From Octopus vulgaris (Eukaryota), in the NCBI GenBank assembly GCA_951406725.2, contig OX597822.1:110360001-110424000 (forward strand): a stretch of 64,000 bases of DNA. The letters are read 5' to 3'. Every line of letters begins with the position of its first letter. The stretch's first letter is position 1. A program made the translations under genes and the position numbers. Shown here piece after piece: positions 41,863-53,411 of this stretch. Under the pieces are notes generated by a model that was given only the letters and a program-made list of their open reading frames with translations, had not been told where the DNA came from and ran no database searches.

Positions 41863-42869
41863 TCAAACTGGTATTTTGAACGTAACTTAACATGAAATTT
41901 GAATGGAACGTTTATAATCTTGTAAATTACTTCATGTCAAGAACTTTGTATCGTAGAAGGAGAGTGCGAGGCGGGATGGCAACAAAAAAGTTAATCCCTT
42001 TGATACCAACCCAGTTGAGGCCTCCTTTGCATCCCTTACTAATATTAGTAATTGTAATCATTCATTCCTGAATGAATATAGCTAGAAATTATCATCTAAA
42101 TGAACTCGCAAATAGCGATAAATAGCGATTCATTCATTGCTTTATTGATTGATACGTGTGTATGCGCGCATAGGTGTTTGTGTGTGTGTGTGTGTGTTTG
42201 TCAAAGAAGGTCCCGATATACAAGAAATTGTATCTATTTCAGTGCCTGATTTTTCGTGATTGAAACCATTTTGGTATGACTTTAGTCCATCGTATTCATG
42301 GGTTTTGTAAAATAACTACAATTAATGCACTAGTGTTTATTTAATTGGCTCAGTAATTAACTCAGCATTGTATGTATTTTGGTAAATATATAGTAGTCAA
42401 ACATTAAATAGATTTCAATGGACAATTGAAACAGTAATAGCAAAAGTAACAATGAATACTAATGAGAGAAGTAGTTTTGAAATAATGTGGAAATCTTCTA
42501 AAAACAATATGGAAACAGGTTGCGGAGAAAACTTAATAATGAATAAGTAACCATGTCCCTCGTCGATCATTGCATGAATGTGTGTGTGAGAGAGAGAGAA
42601 ATTTGTGTGTGTACAAGATAGATGAACGAGACAACGAAGGAATGTGCTACCGAATCCAGCCTCATTCCTACTAATTTAATTGTCTTAATCAATCATGACT
42701 GATCTTGACCAGAAACACATCGAATGTGATTTAACAATTATCTGATATATATATCACAAAGCTTCATTTTGTAGAAATCTACCAAAGCACCCAAAGGCTA
42801 AGTGCAGAACTTCATGCAGGCGGTGTGTTAGGCCTACTACTAATTGCATCCAATAACCACTTTAACTTC

Positions 42870-43090
42870 ATCAGTAATATTTCTTACCAAAAGTGATTTC
42901 ACTTAGTCTGAAGAATTTTGTTGTACAATCATGCTGACTACTAATCGAAGGGGGAACTTTTGTCAAAATCACAGATCTTATCGAACTTTCAATGAAGACA
43001 AATTGAAAAATATAGCTACACAGTACTATGGGACAGCATGGAATCTTATGTAATTTCTGTCGTAGAAGAACTAACGATTTTTTATAAAAA
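42870..43090 (-). pseudogene. Possible LRR N-terminal cap relic
   Basis: LTKVPPSISS..TTKFFRLSEI resembles the LRRNT/first LRR. Confidence 0.28.
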
Positions 43091-43137
43091 TATATGTATA
43101 AGTACCGAATAAATATTTCAACAACTACATATATTAA

Positions 43138-43456
43138 TACAGTTCTATATTTAAGAGATGAGGAAGTATGTACTCTATTTACATTCACATTTGACGGATA
43201 TTTGTCCTGAGCTTGTTTGTTGTTAACACAACATTTCGGCTGATATACTCTGCAGCCTTCATCAGGTGTCTTGGGGAAATTTCGAACCTTGGTCCTCATT
43301 CATAAGGTATTTTTTGGATGTTGTTGTTGTTATTATTATTATTTTTATCATCATTATTGTTATTATCATTATTATTACTATTATTATTATAATCCCTACT
43401 TCGAATCGAACTCGGAATCTTGGGGTTAGTAGCCCGCGCTCTTAACCACTACACCA
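43138..43456 (-). mobile_element. Solo tRNA-like + hammerhead module
   Basis: tggtgtagtggttaagagcgcgggctactaaccccaagattccgagttcgattc head; (ATA)n spacer; CTGATGA-a-ggctg..cagcc-GAAA at 43225-43270. Confidence 0.82.
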
Positions 43457-43964
43457 TAATTGCACAGGAATGAGCGTCGGGAGTGACATGTGCTCGTCAT
43501 TTCGTGGCTTCGCATTCGTAGGAAATGAGCAATTGCTTTCTACCATAACCAAAATCTTGAGAGTGAATTTGAGAGAAACTATATTAGCTTGTCTGATAGA
43601 CGTTTCTTGTCTACAGTTGTAACTTTAACCTGCCATCCAGTTTAACGTCATCACAAAACATGGAAATGACTAACCGAGATATGTTCTGCTATAAGCATTA
43701 AACAAGATCTGTTTCAAGATTACTTCCACCCTTTTCGTTACCTGTCTTAGAGAATCTGGAAAGGGTCAAGGGCGCAATTTTCCTTCCCTAAGACATTAAC
43801 ACACACATAAATACAAACACACACACGCACACATAGTGAAATGTGCACATGATTACTTTTTTTAATTCACACCTCTGTAGTTCAAAATATTTTCCCCTGT
43901 AATCGTATTCAAGTAACCTGTCGGTAAAAGTAATCATGTAAAATAACCAAGGGAATATACCCAT

Positions 43965-44190
43965 TTCTTTACTACCCACAAGGGGCTAAACAGAGGGGAC
44001 GAACAAGGACAAACAAACGGATTAAGTCGATTATATCGATCCCAGTGCGTAACAGGTACCTATTTAATCGACTCCGAAAGGATGAAAGGCAAAGTCGACC
44101 TCGGCGGAATTTGAACTCAGAACGAAGCGGCAGACGAAATACGGCTACGCATTTCGCCCCGCGTGCTAACAATTCTGCCAGCTCGCCGCC
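43965..44190 (-). mobile_element. SINE family A, full length
   Basis: Consensus match. Confidence 0.93.
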
Positions 44191-44199
44191 TCATTTGAA

Positions 44200-44428
44200 A
44201 TAATAAATGCACCCTTTTAAAGCCTAGCTAGGTTTATGGGCCTGGTTTCCCGGTTTCAATGGTGTATGTGTTCCCGCAGCGTTACTCATTTTTGCCAGCT
44301 GAGTGGACTGGAGCAACGTGAAATGACGTGTTTTGCACAAGAACACAACGCGTGGCGCGGTCCAGGAATCGACACCACAATCTTACGATCATGGTGCTGA
44401 CACCCTAACCACTAAGCCACGCGCCTTC
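44200..44428 (-). mobile_element. SINE family C (tRNA-derived)
   Basis: A box tggcttagtggtt, B-box-like ggtgtcgattcc; matches 45780-46035. Confidence 0.88.
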
Positions 44429-45779
44429 ATCCAAAGGAATATACCATTAATGTAATCAATTAAGCCATAGTTGCCGAGTATGTTTCCAAGAATTCTAATT
44501 TAAAGGACTGAAATGGGAGATGTTTGTAACATTTTCAGTATTCTGATTTTCGGTAGATAAAATCTTCTGATGGCAGATGTAATGAAGGAGGAAAGACCAA
44601 GACAGAGAAAAAAGATGTCGAGACGAAGGAGAGAGGAAGGAAAGAGGAAAGAAGGATTGGCCATAATACTTCTACTTAATAGATTCTAATGACGGTGTAT
44701 ATTATGATATTTATTATTAAATGTTAATGAGTAATGATTATTATACGTTAAAGACTAATAATTATGTATTAATGACTATAATAATTCAACGTTAATTACA
44801 AATGATATCTATGTGAATGACACATAAGTATTATATTCTAATGACTAATATATTAATATTTTTTAAGAGAGATGAAATAATTATTATTTGAAGAGGAGAA
44901 AAAACTGATAGCCTGCAGAACTGTTAGCATGGTGGGCAAAATGATTGGCGGTGTTTTATTCGACTCTACTTTCCGAGTTCAAATTCTATCGAAGTTGACT
45001 TCCCTTTACGGCTCGATAAGTTCTTGTTGAACATTGGGGTCGATGTAATCGTCTAACTCCTTCTCCCTATATTGCTGGCTCTGTGCTAAAAGCTAAAACC
45101 CTTACTCGAAGAAAAATACAGAATATGCGCATTATATAGATGAACAATGACATAATTACAATAAATTCGCTTTTAGCTCCAAGCAACCTAGAGAAATTAT
45201 CTGATTCGAGAGCCTTTATAATTAATTGTTTTATTTCACTATTATTTTCATTCTTGAAAGAAAAAATACTTAAGCTGAATGGAGATGCTCACATCCTCCT
45301 ACAGCTTTGTCTTAATCCATTATATTAATTCCAGATAGTTCTTCAGTTGCCATTTAAAGTATCAAACTCCACATTTTCTTTTCTATTAAAGATAGGTTTA
45401 CTGTTTGATACGTGAACAGCATTAACTAACACGGAGAAACTGTAAAATTACAGGAGTGATTTTTTTTAATGATTGTTTCTGAAATTGAATTATGGAGGGC
45501 GGGTTTGAATAATGTTATTTGGTTTTCAATTAGTGCTATGGTGCTTAAATTATTTTGGAATGTTGATTTTCTCAAAGAATTTAAATTAAGCAGAAAAACC
45601 CCATATGCGGAGAAATTTAATACCGTAGAAAGCTGACTCAATATCTCACTGTCTATTCCCTGTTACTAGTATTCCATTTAGGGGAGGGGAATCATCTGAG
45701 AGAAGCATGAATAAAACATGTAATTTCCCAATTTTGTTTCATGACTAAATGGAAAACCTGCATGACACTACTCTTGTAA

Positions 45780-46035
45780 AATAAATAATAAATGCGCCCT
45801 GTTCAAGCCTAGCCAGGCTCATGAGCCCGGCTTCCCGGTTCCTATGGCGTATGTGTTCCCCAGCTGGACGGGAAACTAGTCCATCGCAGCGTTACTCGTT
45901 TTTGGCAGCTGAGACTGGAGCAACGTGAAATGAAGTGTTTTGCTCAAGAACACAACGCGTCGCCAGGTCCAGGAATTGAAACCACAATCTTACGATCATC
46001 GTGCTGACACCGTAACCACTAAGCCTCGCGCCTCC
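45780..46035 (-). mobile_element. SINE family C, full length (V-domain-like core)
   Basis: TSD acactactcttgta; core gcgatggactag..cccgtccag. Confidence 0.9.
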
Positions 46036-46729
46036 ACACTACTCTTGTAGCGCTTCTTTAAAACGTATTAGCAGTGACCAGGAGCACAGTCTAGAAACAA
46101 GAATACTTTCAGAAATGTAGAAACGTCAGTTCAAAGTGGTCAGAATGTATGATTCGATGTTGATAAAAAGATTTCAAATCCGCACTTCATAAGGTTAGGA
46201 TCAAGAAGTCTATATACGTTTACTACACACTAATTATGAGTCAGTGATAACTGGTTGGGTAGGAATGATTTTATAATGGTTGCTACCAAAGAACGTGAAT
46301 GCTGAAGTTTTAAGTGAAATGGTGGGATCAATTCAGATCGATTTAATATTTGAAATGTTTTACGGAGAACTTAGCCTTTAGATTTGCGCCGTAAGTATAT
46401 TTGGTGAGCAATTTACACTTCGGAAATATTGCTTTAGTGAAACTGCTTAATTTGTATTTTTTTTCTCTTGCGTACATATGACAAGAGATGATAATAGGGG
46501 AGAAAATAGAGGGTGACAGAGGGCAGAGAGATAGAGAGAGAGGAATGAAAATAATTCTGTTGTCCTTGAGAGTTTGGATTTGAAATGAGTGTAAACAATT
46601 TTAATGGTCCCTGTTAATGACTAATATATTAATGAGTTTAACATATATTATGTAAATGAAAAGAAAAGCCTTAACATAAAATATCAAACATGCGTATTAC
46701 TTAAATAAACTATGACAGTCAAAATTAGT

Positions 46730-47060
46730 TTCTAGGCAGAAGGCCCGAAGTTTTGACTTCGAGGGGATGAAAGGCATAGTCGACCTCGGCGGAATTTGAA
46801 CCCAGAACATAAAGACAGACGAAATACTTAATTCTTTATTGCCCACAAGGGGCTAAACGTAGAGGGAACAAACACGGACAGACAAAGGGACTAAGTCGAT
46901 TACATCGACCATAGTGCGTGACTGGTACTTATTTAATCGACCCCGAGAGGATGAAAGGCAAAGTCGCCCTCAGCGGAATTTGAACTCAGAACGTAGCGGC
47001 AGACGAAATACTGTTAAACATTTCGCCCAGCCTGCTAACGTTTCTGCCAACTGGCCTCCT
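46730..47060 (-). mobile_element. SINE family A dimer (Tx1-tail unit stacked on an older-tail unit)
   Basis: Second unit restarts at gtatttcgtctg directly after gggcaataaagaatt. Confidence 0.87.
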
Positions 47061-49008
47061 TGTATGACAATTAAAATTACTAACTGGCTTTTAGCTTTGG
47101 CCACCCAAGTGTATATATCTGATTCTAGAGCCCGCATCTTATGTCATTATCATCTTCATTCTTCAAACTAAAAATAAAAATCATTGTTACGAAGGTCTTT
47201 TCATTTTTCTACGGCTTTTCCTTAGTTCATTATATTAATTCAAGAAAGTTTTTGTTACTTCTGAAAGTATCGGGCTGCACATTTCCTTTTCTATTAAAGA
47301 TAGGTTTAGTGTTTGATACGTGAGTAACATTAACCAACACATACAAAAATGTAAAAGTGTAAGAGATGTTATTTTTAATGGCTGTTTCTGGAATTGAATT
47401 ATGGAGGACGGGTTTGCATAATGTTATTTGGTTTTTCAATTAATGTTATTGAGCCTAAACTATTTTGGAATGCTAATTTTTGTAAAGAATTTAAATTAGG
47501 TAGAAACGCATGGAAAACAAACTTTTGTCGATTCAACAAATCACGGTTGTTCCCCCAATTGTCACAATTTCATTTTATTTAGGAGAGAAAATCGTTAGGA
47601 AAATAACGAGCAGTAAAATTCTAATTTCGGTTTATGCTTCAAGACTAAATGAAAAATATATGAGAAACTCTTTCAGTCGTCGCTTTAGAATATATTAACC
47701 GTTCCAATGACTACAGTTGAAAAACAGGTATAAAAGTGCTTTCGATGTATGAGTTACTGTGGACGAAAATAAGATATAAGATTGTACAGTGTATTGCGAG
47801 TAAAATGAGTCAACTGACTCAACACACTGAGTTCTTAGATGTATTGGTCTAAATTTCTTCTGAAATATTTTCAGGATATATTTCTGCATGTCTGGAATTT
47901 AAGAAATTCCATGGAGCATTGAAGTTTTTAGTTACGTCTTTTTTTACGTTTGGAATTCGAATCCTTCTTAGATAGACTTTACACCTCATCTTTTTTGTAT
48001 CGATAAAATAAGTAGTAGCCATGGATACGGATCGATTTAAGCGGTCACCCCACTGCTAAAAATGTGTAGGCTGGTGATAATGCGAAAAATTACTTACAAA
48101 TTTAAATGTTCAAATAAGCTAGAATAATAGTTATACCTCTGATCGTAGGTTTTTCTTCTCGATCTGGGTTTGTCTAGGGCTGATAAACAGTATATTTGAA
48201 TAGCTTTGAATAATTGTGTTTTTGCTGTTTTAACGAATGGAAATGTTTAGTACCTTTAACTTGTAATTGATACATGTACAAATGTTTGCCAATGCTTCAA
48301 TAGTTTTCGAACAGTCAATGGTCTATTCTGATCAAAGAATCCACCATCTTATTATTCTCTCCGACAGATGAAGTTGTCAACACCACAAATCAAATAAAAT
48401 GTGAGTAATTTATCTCTTCAACAGTTCAGTGCAGCTAAAACAGTCGATTCTATTTCTGTAGTGCTAGATACACATGCATATCTAATTCATTTGCATATAG
48501 AAGGAAATGATTTCACCCCCAGACATTGAGTCAATAACAATGCCTACGTTACACATGAAAGTAAATATTTAGTCCTTGAAGTAATTATTCTCATCAATGA
48601 ATTTGAGTATAAAATTACTTTTCCTAAAAGGAAAGTTGGTTGGAATGCTGGTCTTTTATACATGATTAAACAGGAATGATACGGCATCGATATCAAGCTT
48701 TTAAAATTCAAATTGAGCTGCTTTAATTATGTGGGCGATAAAATCTTGCTAACACAATCTTAGCTGGAGTTTCTATTTAAATAGAAATATAGGCCACATT
48801 GTTCGTCGGACTGAAGCAAATTACCACAAATCGAGCAGTGTTGATACAGGAAAATATTAGACGGTGAAACACGATTCGATAAACAGTAGAATAGATAATC
48901 AAAATGTCGGAGAGAATTCCTTGAGGTGGTTATTCTGGGTCTCTAATCTTTGAGTTCAAATCCCACCTTACCTGTTATAATTCTGTTGTCAATAAGTACC
49001 AATCAAAA

Positions 49009-49424
49009 GGCGGCGAGCTGGCAGAAAAGTTAGCACGCCGGGTGAAATGCTTAGCGGTATTTCGTCTGCGTTACGTTGTGAGTTCAAATTCCGCCGAGGT
49101 CGACTTTGCCTTTCATCCTTTCGGGGTCGATAAATTAAGTACCAGTTACACACTGGGGTCGATGTAATCGACTTAATACCTATATCTGTCCTTGTTTGTC
49201 CCCTGTGTGTTTAGCCCCTTGTGGGTAATAAAGAAATAGGTATTTCGTCAGCCACTATGTTCTGAGTTCAAATTCCACCGAGGTCGACTTTGCCTTTCAT
49301 CCTTTCGGGGTCGATTAAATAAGTACCAGTTACACACTGGGGTCGATGTAATCGACTTAATACCTATGTCTGTCCTTGTTTGTCCTCTCGGTGTTTAGCC
49401 CCCTTGTGGGTAGTAAAGAAAGAA
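49009..49424 (+). mobile_element. SINE family A dimer nested in an older SINE remnant
   Basis: Junction aaagaaata-ggtatttcgtcagcc; TSD aataagtacca.tcaa. Confidence 0.92.
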
Positions 49425-50630
49425 ATAAGTACCAGTCAATTACTGGAGTCGATTATTTCCCCTTTTCTTTCTTCATTGTTGTATCTTGAATTTGGATAGA
49501 TTGCATCGTGATAAATATCATGACACCATACTAGTGTCCTATTTTTTTTTAGCATTGGAGTTGGGTTGAACGAGTGTCTAGCATGCTCTTATCTCACAGA
49601 AATACTTATATACTAATGAAATCATTCAAACATGGGATTCTTTGCTGTGGACAGAAAATAAAACAAATTTGTAGATATGATTCACTTGATTAAAAGATGC
49701 TTTCAATTTTGTAAGACTTATATTCCTTCATATTCGCTCAACTAATATATTTTAGATGCAGTGTCTTGGAAAAGTAGTAATGTTGAACATTTACTTTGTA
49801 TTTGAGAATAATTAATGCAAATGAGTCGACTAATAGTTCCAATTCATTCACTGTTAGCTAATACAAATTGTAATTATTCATGTCTTCGGTAAACCAAATT
49901 ATTTATTTGTATATATTATTCTCTTTGTGATACAATATACAAAAGTCTTGAAATAGTGATATATGTTTAAAGTATGTGTGAAGTTGGACGCTAGACAGTT
50001 TTATGCGACAGTTTTATTTCAACGAGCCATCGACACCCTTATCTGGCGCCCTGAGTCGGTGATTCAATGCAGTGGCATGCGCGTACATTGTCCACCACCG
50101 CCGCTCCCGATGCCCAACAGAATTCGTCGGAAAGCTCAACTGGGTAACGGTTATTCCATCCATTAAGGAAAGAAATGGAGGATCAGAGCAACAGTCTGCA
50201 GCTTTGATCGGTGGAGTGGTGGTGCTAAATTGCCTCTGAGCGATAACAGTTGAATGCTTTCAAGTCAGATCTGTAGCCGGATCCAAATCGTTTTCCAAGA
50301 GTCTCAAACCCAAGGCACATGGCTCAACTAGGCGGGAGCAGTTTGCCCGTCACATTTGGAAGCGAGCGGTGACGATCTCCTGTCTGACTTATTCAAGGTG
50401 AACAGCTCGACTTGCCATTCAGAATGACGTGCTCAGTAGAGTAGCGACCACGTTTCTATCCAGTCTCTTGCCACGAACGACTCGATTCGCCGTCCGAATG
50501 AGTTGGAGATAAAATACCAGGTTACAACTATGTTCCTGAGGTGAAGGCCAGTGTTTCTTTTATGGATATAGAATTCGGTTTTAATAGTACACCAATGTAG
50601 AAGCCTTTTTGTTTTTGGTTTTATGTATCA

Positions 50631-51020
50631 GGCGCAGTAGTGGCTGTGTGGTAAGTAGCTTGCTTACCAACCACATGGTTCGCGCAAGTCTCTTCTACTA
50701 TAACCTCGGACCGACCAAAGCCTTGTGAGTGGATTTGGTAGACGGAAACTAAAAGAAGCCCGTCGTATATATGTATATGCATATATATATATATGTGTGT
50801 GTGTTTGTGTGTCTGTGTTTGTCCCCCGCCTCACCAACATTTTTGACAACAAATGCTGGTGTGTTTACGTCTCCGTAACTTAACAGTTCGGCAAAAAACA
50901 CCGATATAATAAGTACTAGGCTTACAAGGAATAAGTCCTGATGTCGATTTCCTCGACTAAAGGCGGTGCTCCAGCATGGCCGCAGTCAAATGACTGAAAC
51001 AAGTAAAAGAGTAAAAGAGA
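50631..51020 (+). mobile_element. SINE family D (tRNA-derived, internal TA/TG microsatellite)
   Basis: A-box-like tggctgtgtggtaag; tail ggcggtgctccagcatggccgcag..gaaacaagtaaaagagtaaaaga. Confidence 0.85.
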
Positions 51021-51648
51021 GTATCTGTTTTTCCGTGAAGAATATGAAAATATAGAATATAAATTGTGTTATTTTGTTGCATTATAATGTATTTTGTATG
51101 TACTAAGTGAATTGTATTTTATGTTTTAGTGTCGGGTGGTGATTATACAGAGTGTATGTTGGGTAGATTATGCAGACTAAGTTGTATTATTGGGTGCAGA
51201 GGTTTTCGTATTATTTTATTACATAATGGCGTGTATTCACGTTTGTATCAATTGAAATATTTCATCTATCATATTTTCTATTCATCTTTTGCGTTGCTAA
51301 AATGATCGCTCTTCTCTATTATTGTTACTTGATAATTTGTGTTTCTTTTTTAGTATCCGCTGGATTATACAATATGTTGTATACAACACAAATACGGCGT
51401 TCTTATTTATCGTATTTTGTGATGTGGATTGTGTTATGTGACTTTCCTTTTGTATTTCTCTTTTTATATACTTCATATTTCCTGTTCAGTTAAATTTATT
51501 CATGATTATTATTAAATGTCTCTGCGTTTGATAATTTTATACTTTTCATTTGTGTGCAATTCTTTTCATTACATCGGTAATAAATGACAATCAGCAATAA
51601 TCATTATTATCATTGATACTGATAATATCAATAATAAGAATAAAGAAT

Positions 51649-51710
51649 GCAGCGAGATGGCAGAAACGCTAGCACGCCGGGCGAAATGCGTAGCCGTATT
51701 TCGTCTGTCG
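51649..51710 (+). mobile_element. SINE family A head interrupted by the LINE
   Basis: gcagcgagatggcagaaacgctagcacgccgggcgaaatgcgtagccgtatttcgtctgtcg; the SINE resumes at 57061. Confidence 0.92.
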
Positions 51711-51874
51711 GACATGTGTTCGTGAAGTAAGAATTGCTGTTTCGTGGTGTTAATATTGTTAACAACTGTTGTTTCTTGTTAAACTGTTGAATAACTTAAC
51801 TGTTGGAGTTTTCAATTGAAAACACTTAGTGCTTGTGGTAGCACGCGTTGTTCATTCCTCCTTTGGGGGGAAGA

Positions 51875-53403
51875 ATGTCGTCTAGCATGGAGCCTACCGT
51901 TGGAGCAGAAATACTTGTTTCTCCTGTTGAGAGGAGGAAATACATGTCCGGCGAGGAGCCAACTACAGACAAGGAAATAGGGGTTTCCCCCGCTACAAGA
52001 AGGAATAGCAGAGAGGATAATATATTTGATATTTTTGGAGATGTGTCTGAGAGCTCGTCAGAACTTTCACCAGAAGAGTTTCCGACTTTACCAGAGAACA
52101 AAGGCATTGTGTCGAAGAGAATAATTGATGTGCCTAGCATCCAGATAGTACCAAAAAATGGAAAAAAAAGTTTTGCGTTGGCTGCTGGGGGTGGAACCCA
52201 GATACTGTCGACGAATAAAAGCGAAATTATGAAATACAGCAAAATGATGGAAATAACTGACAACGGTGTGAAAATTGAACCTCCGCAAAAGTTATTACAG
52301 TAAGAAAAGCAAAAAACAATAATTTTCAAAACATATTGTCTACAAAAAAGAAAAATTGAAAGAATGTCAGAAGAGAAAATAGAAAAGTGCTTAAAGCCAA
52401 TATTGGGCGACGTAGTATTTCTGAGAAGAGGAAAAAAATTCGGAACGGTGGAAGTAAGGTTCACCAATAAAGAAATAGCACACAAGAACTCAGTTGAAAC
52501 GTTGAAAACGAACGACGTGGAGTTAATACCCTATTATATGGGGATGAGGACGTCGCGAATAAAAATTACAAGGGTCCCGCCAGAGGTCGAACCTATGTGG
52601 TTGTTGGCGGCAGTCCTAATCAAAGAGGTAGAAAAAATTACTCTCCTCCAGGCTACAGCTACGGAAAACCCACGCTGGGATGGTCTTACAATTAATCTTC
52701 TCATTCAAGCGGACCCTAAAATAATTCAAACAATTCCTGAGACAATTGAGGTAGGGGAGGAGAACCTCGTGGTGTTTGTTGAGGGCCGAAAACCTCGATG
52801 TTTTTTATGTGGTCAATTAGGCCACATTCGAAGGAACTGCAAGGAAAATGAAGAAGAGGAGGAAGAGGAGAAAAAAGACAAAGAGGAAGAAGATAAAGAA
52901 GAAACAGATGAGAAAAAATAACAAACAAAAGAAAAATACAACCAGCAACCCAGCCGAGAGCGGCGACTACTACAGACCAACGACCAAAAAAGACTGCCAG
53001 AAGAGAAAAAGAAGAAAAAGGCATAATAGCCGTATACACTAAAGATACTGAGCTCATGAGAGACATTCAACTCATAAAGACTGTAAAAAAAATTGATAAC
53101 CTTTCAGAGGAATTTATCAATTACGACATATATGAAGTCTCAAATAAGACTTATAGAATTCTACAAAATAAGTACAGAAAGACTGTATCTTCATTAAGAT
53201 TAGATTTTAACAAGTCGATATTTCATGGATTACCAGCTCCGATCCCGCGAGAAAAGGAAAAGGTGGAGATTCCCCCTCCACCTGATAATTCTGTGTCGGT
53301 GGTGAGACGGGATTTTGACAAATCTATTTCCCAAGACCGTCCAACTCCGACCCTGGATCAAAAAAAGGTGGAGGGTCCCCCTCCACCGGACAATCCTAAT
53401 TAA
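51875..53403 (+). pseudogene. LINE ORF1 (gag-like, CCHC zinc knuckle), interrupted
   Basis: CFLCGQLGHIRRNC followed by an acidic/basic tract; in-frame stops at 52303 and 52921. Confidence 0.85.
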
Positions 53404-53411
53404 ACAGGTAA

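Larger units (their letters stand above)
45150..47900 (-). pseudogene. Tandemly duplicated decayed LRR segments (two diverged copies)
   Basis: 45320-45600 aligns with 47228-47505; peptides NLNSLQKLAFQNSLGSITLIE/NQITLCKP, VQPDTFRSNKNFLELI, FSYIFHLVLKHKPKLEF. Confidence 0.45.

Noticed and set aside
47230-47439. Protocadherin fragment (VLVNVTHVSNTKPIF)
   Set aside because: No DRE, DxG or DxNDN motifs; neighbouring peptides fit LRRs better.
49990-50560. GC-richer segment, possibly Ty3/gypsy gag on the minus strand (VVATL)
   Set aside because: Too degenerate to support; no LTR or pol found.
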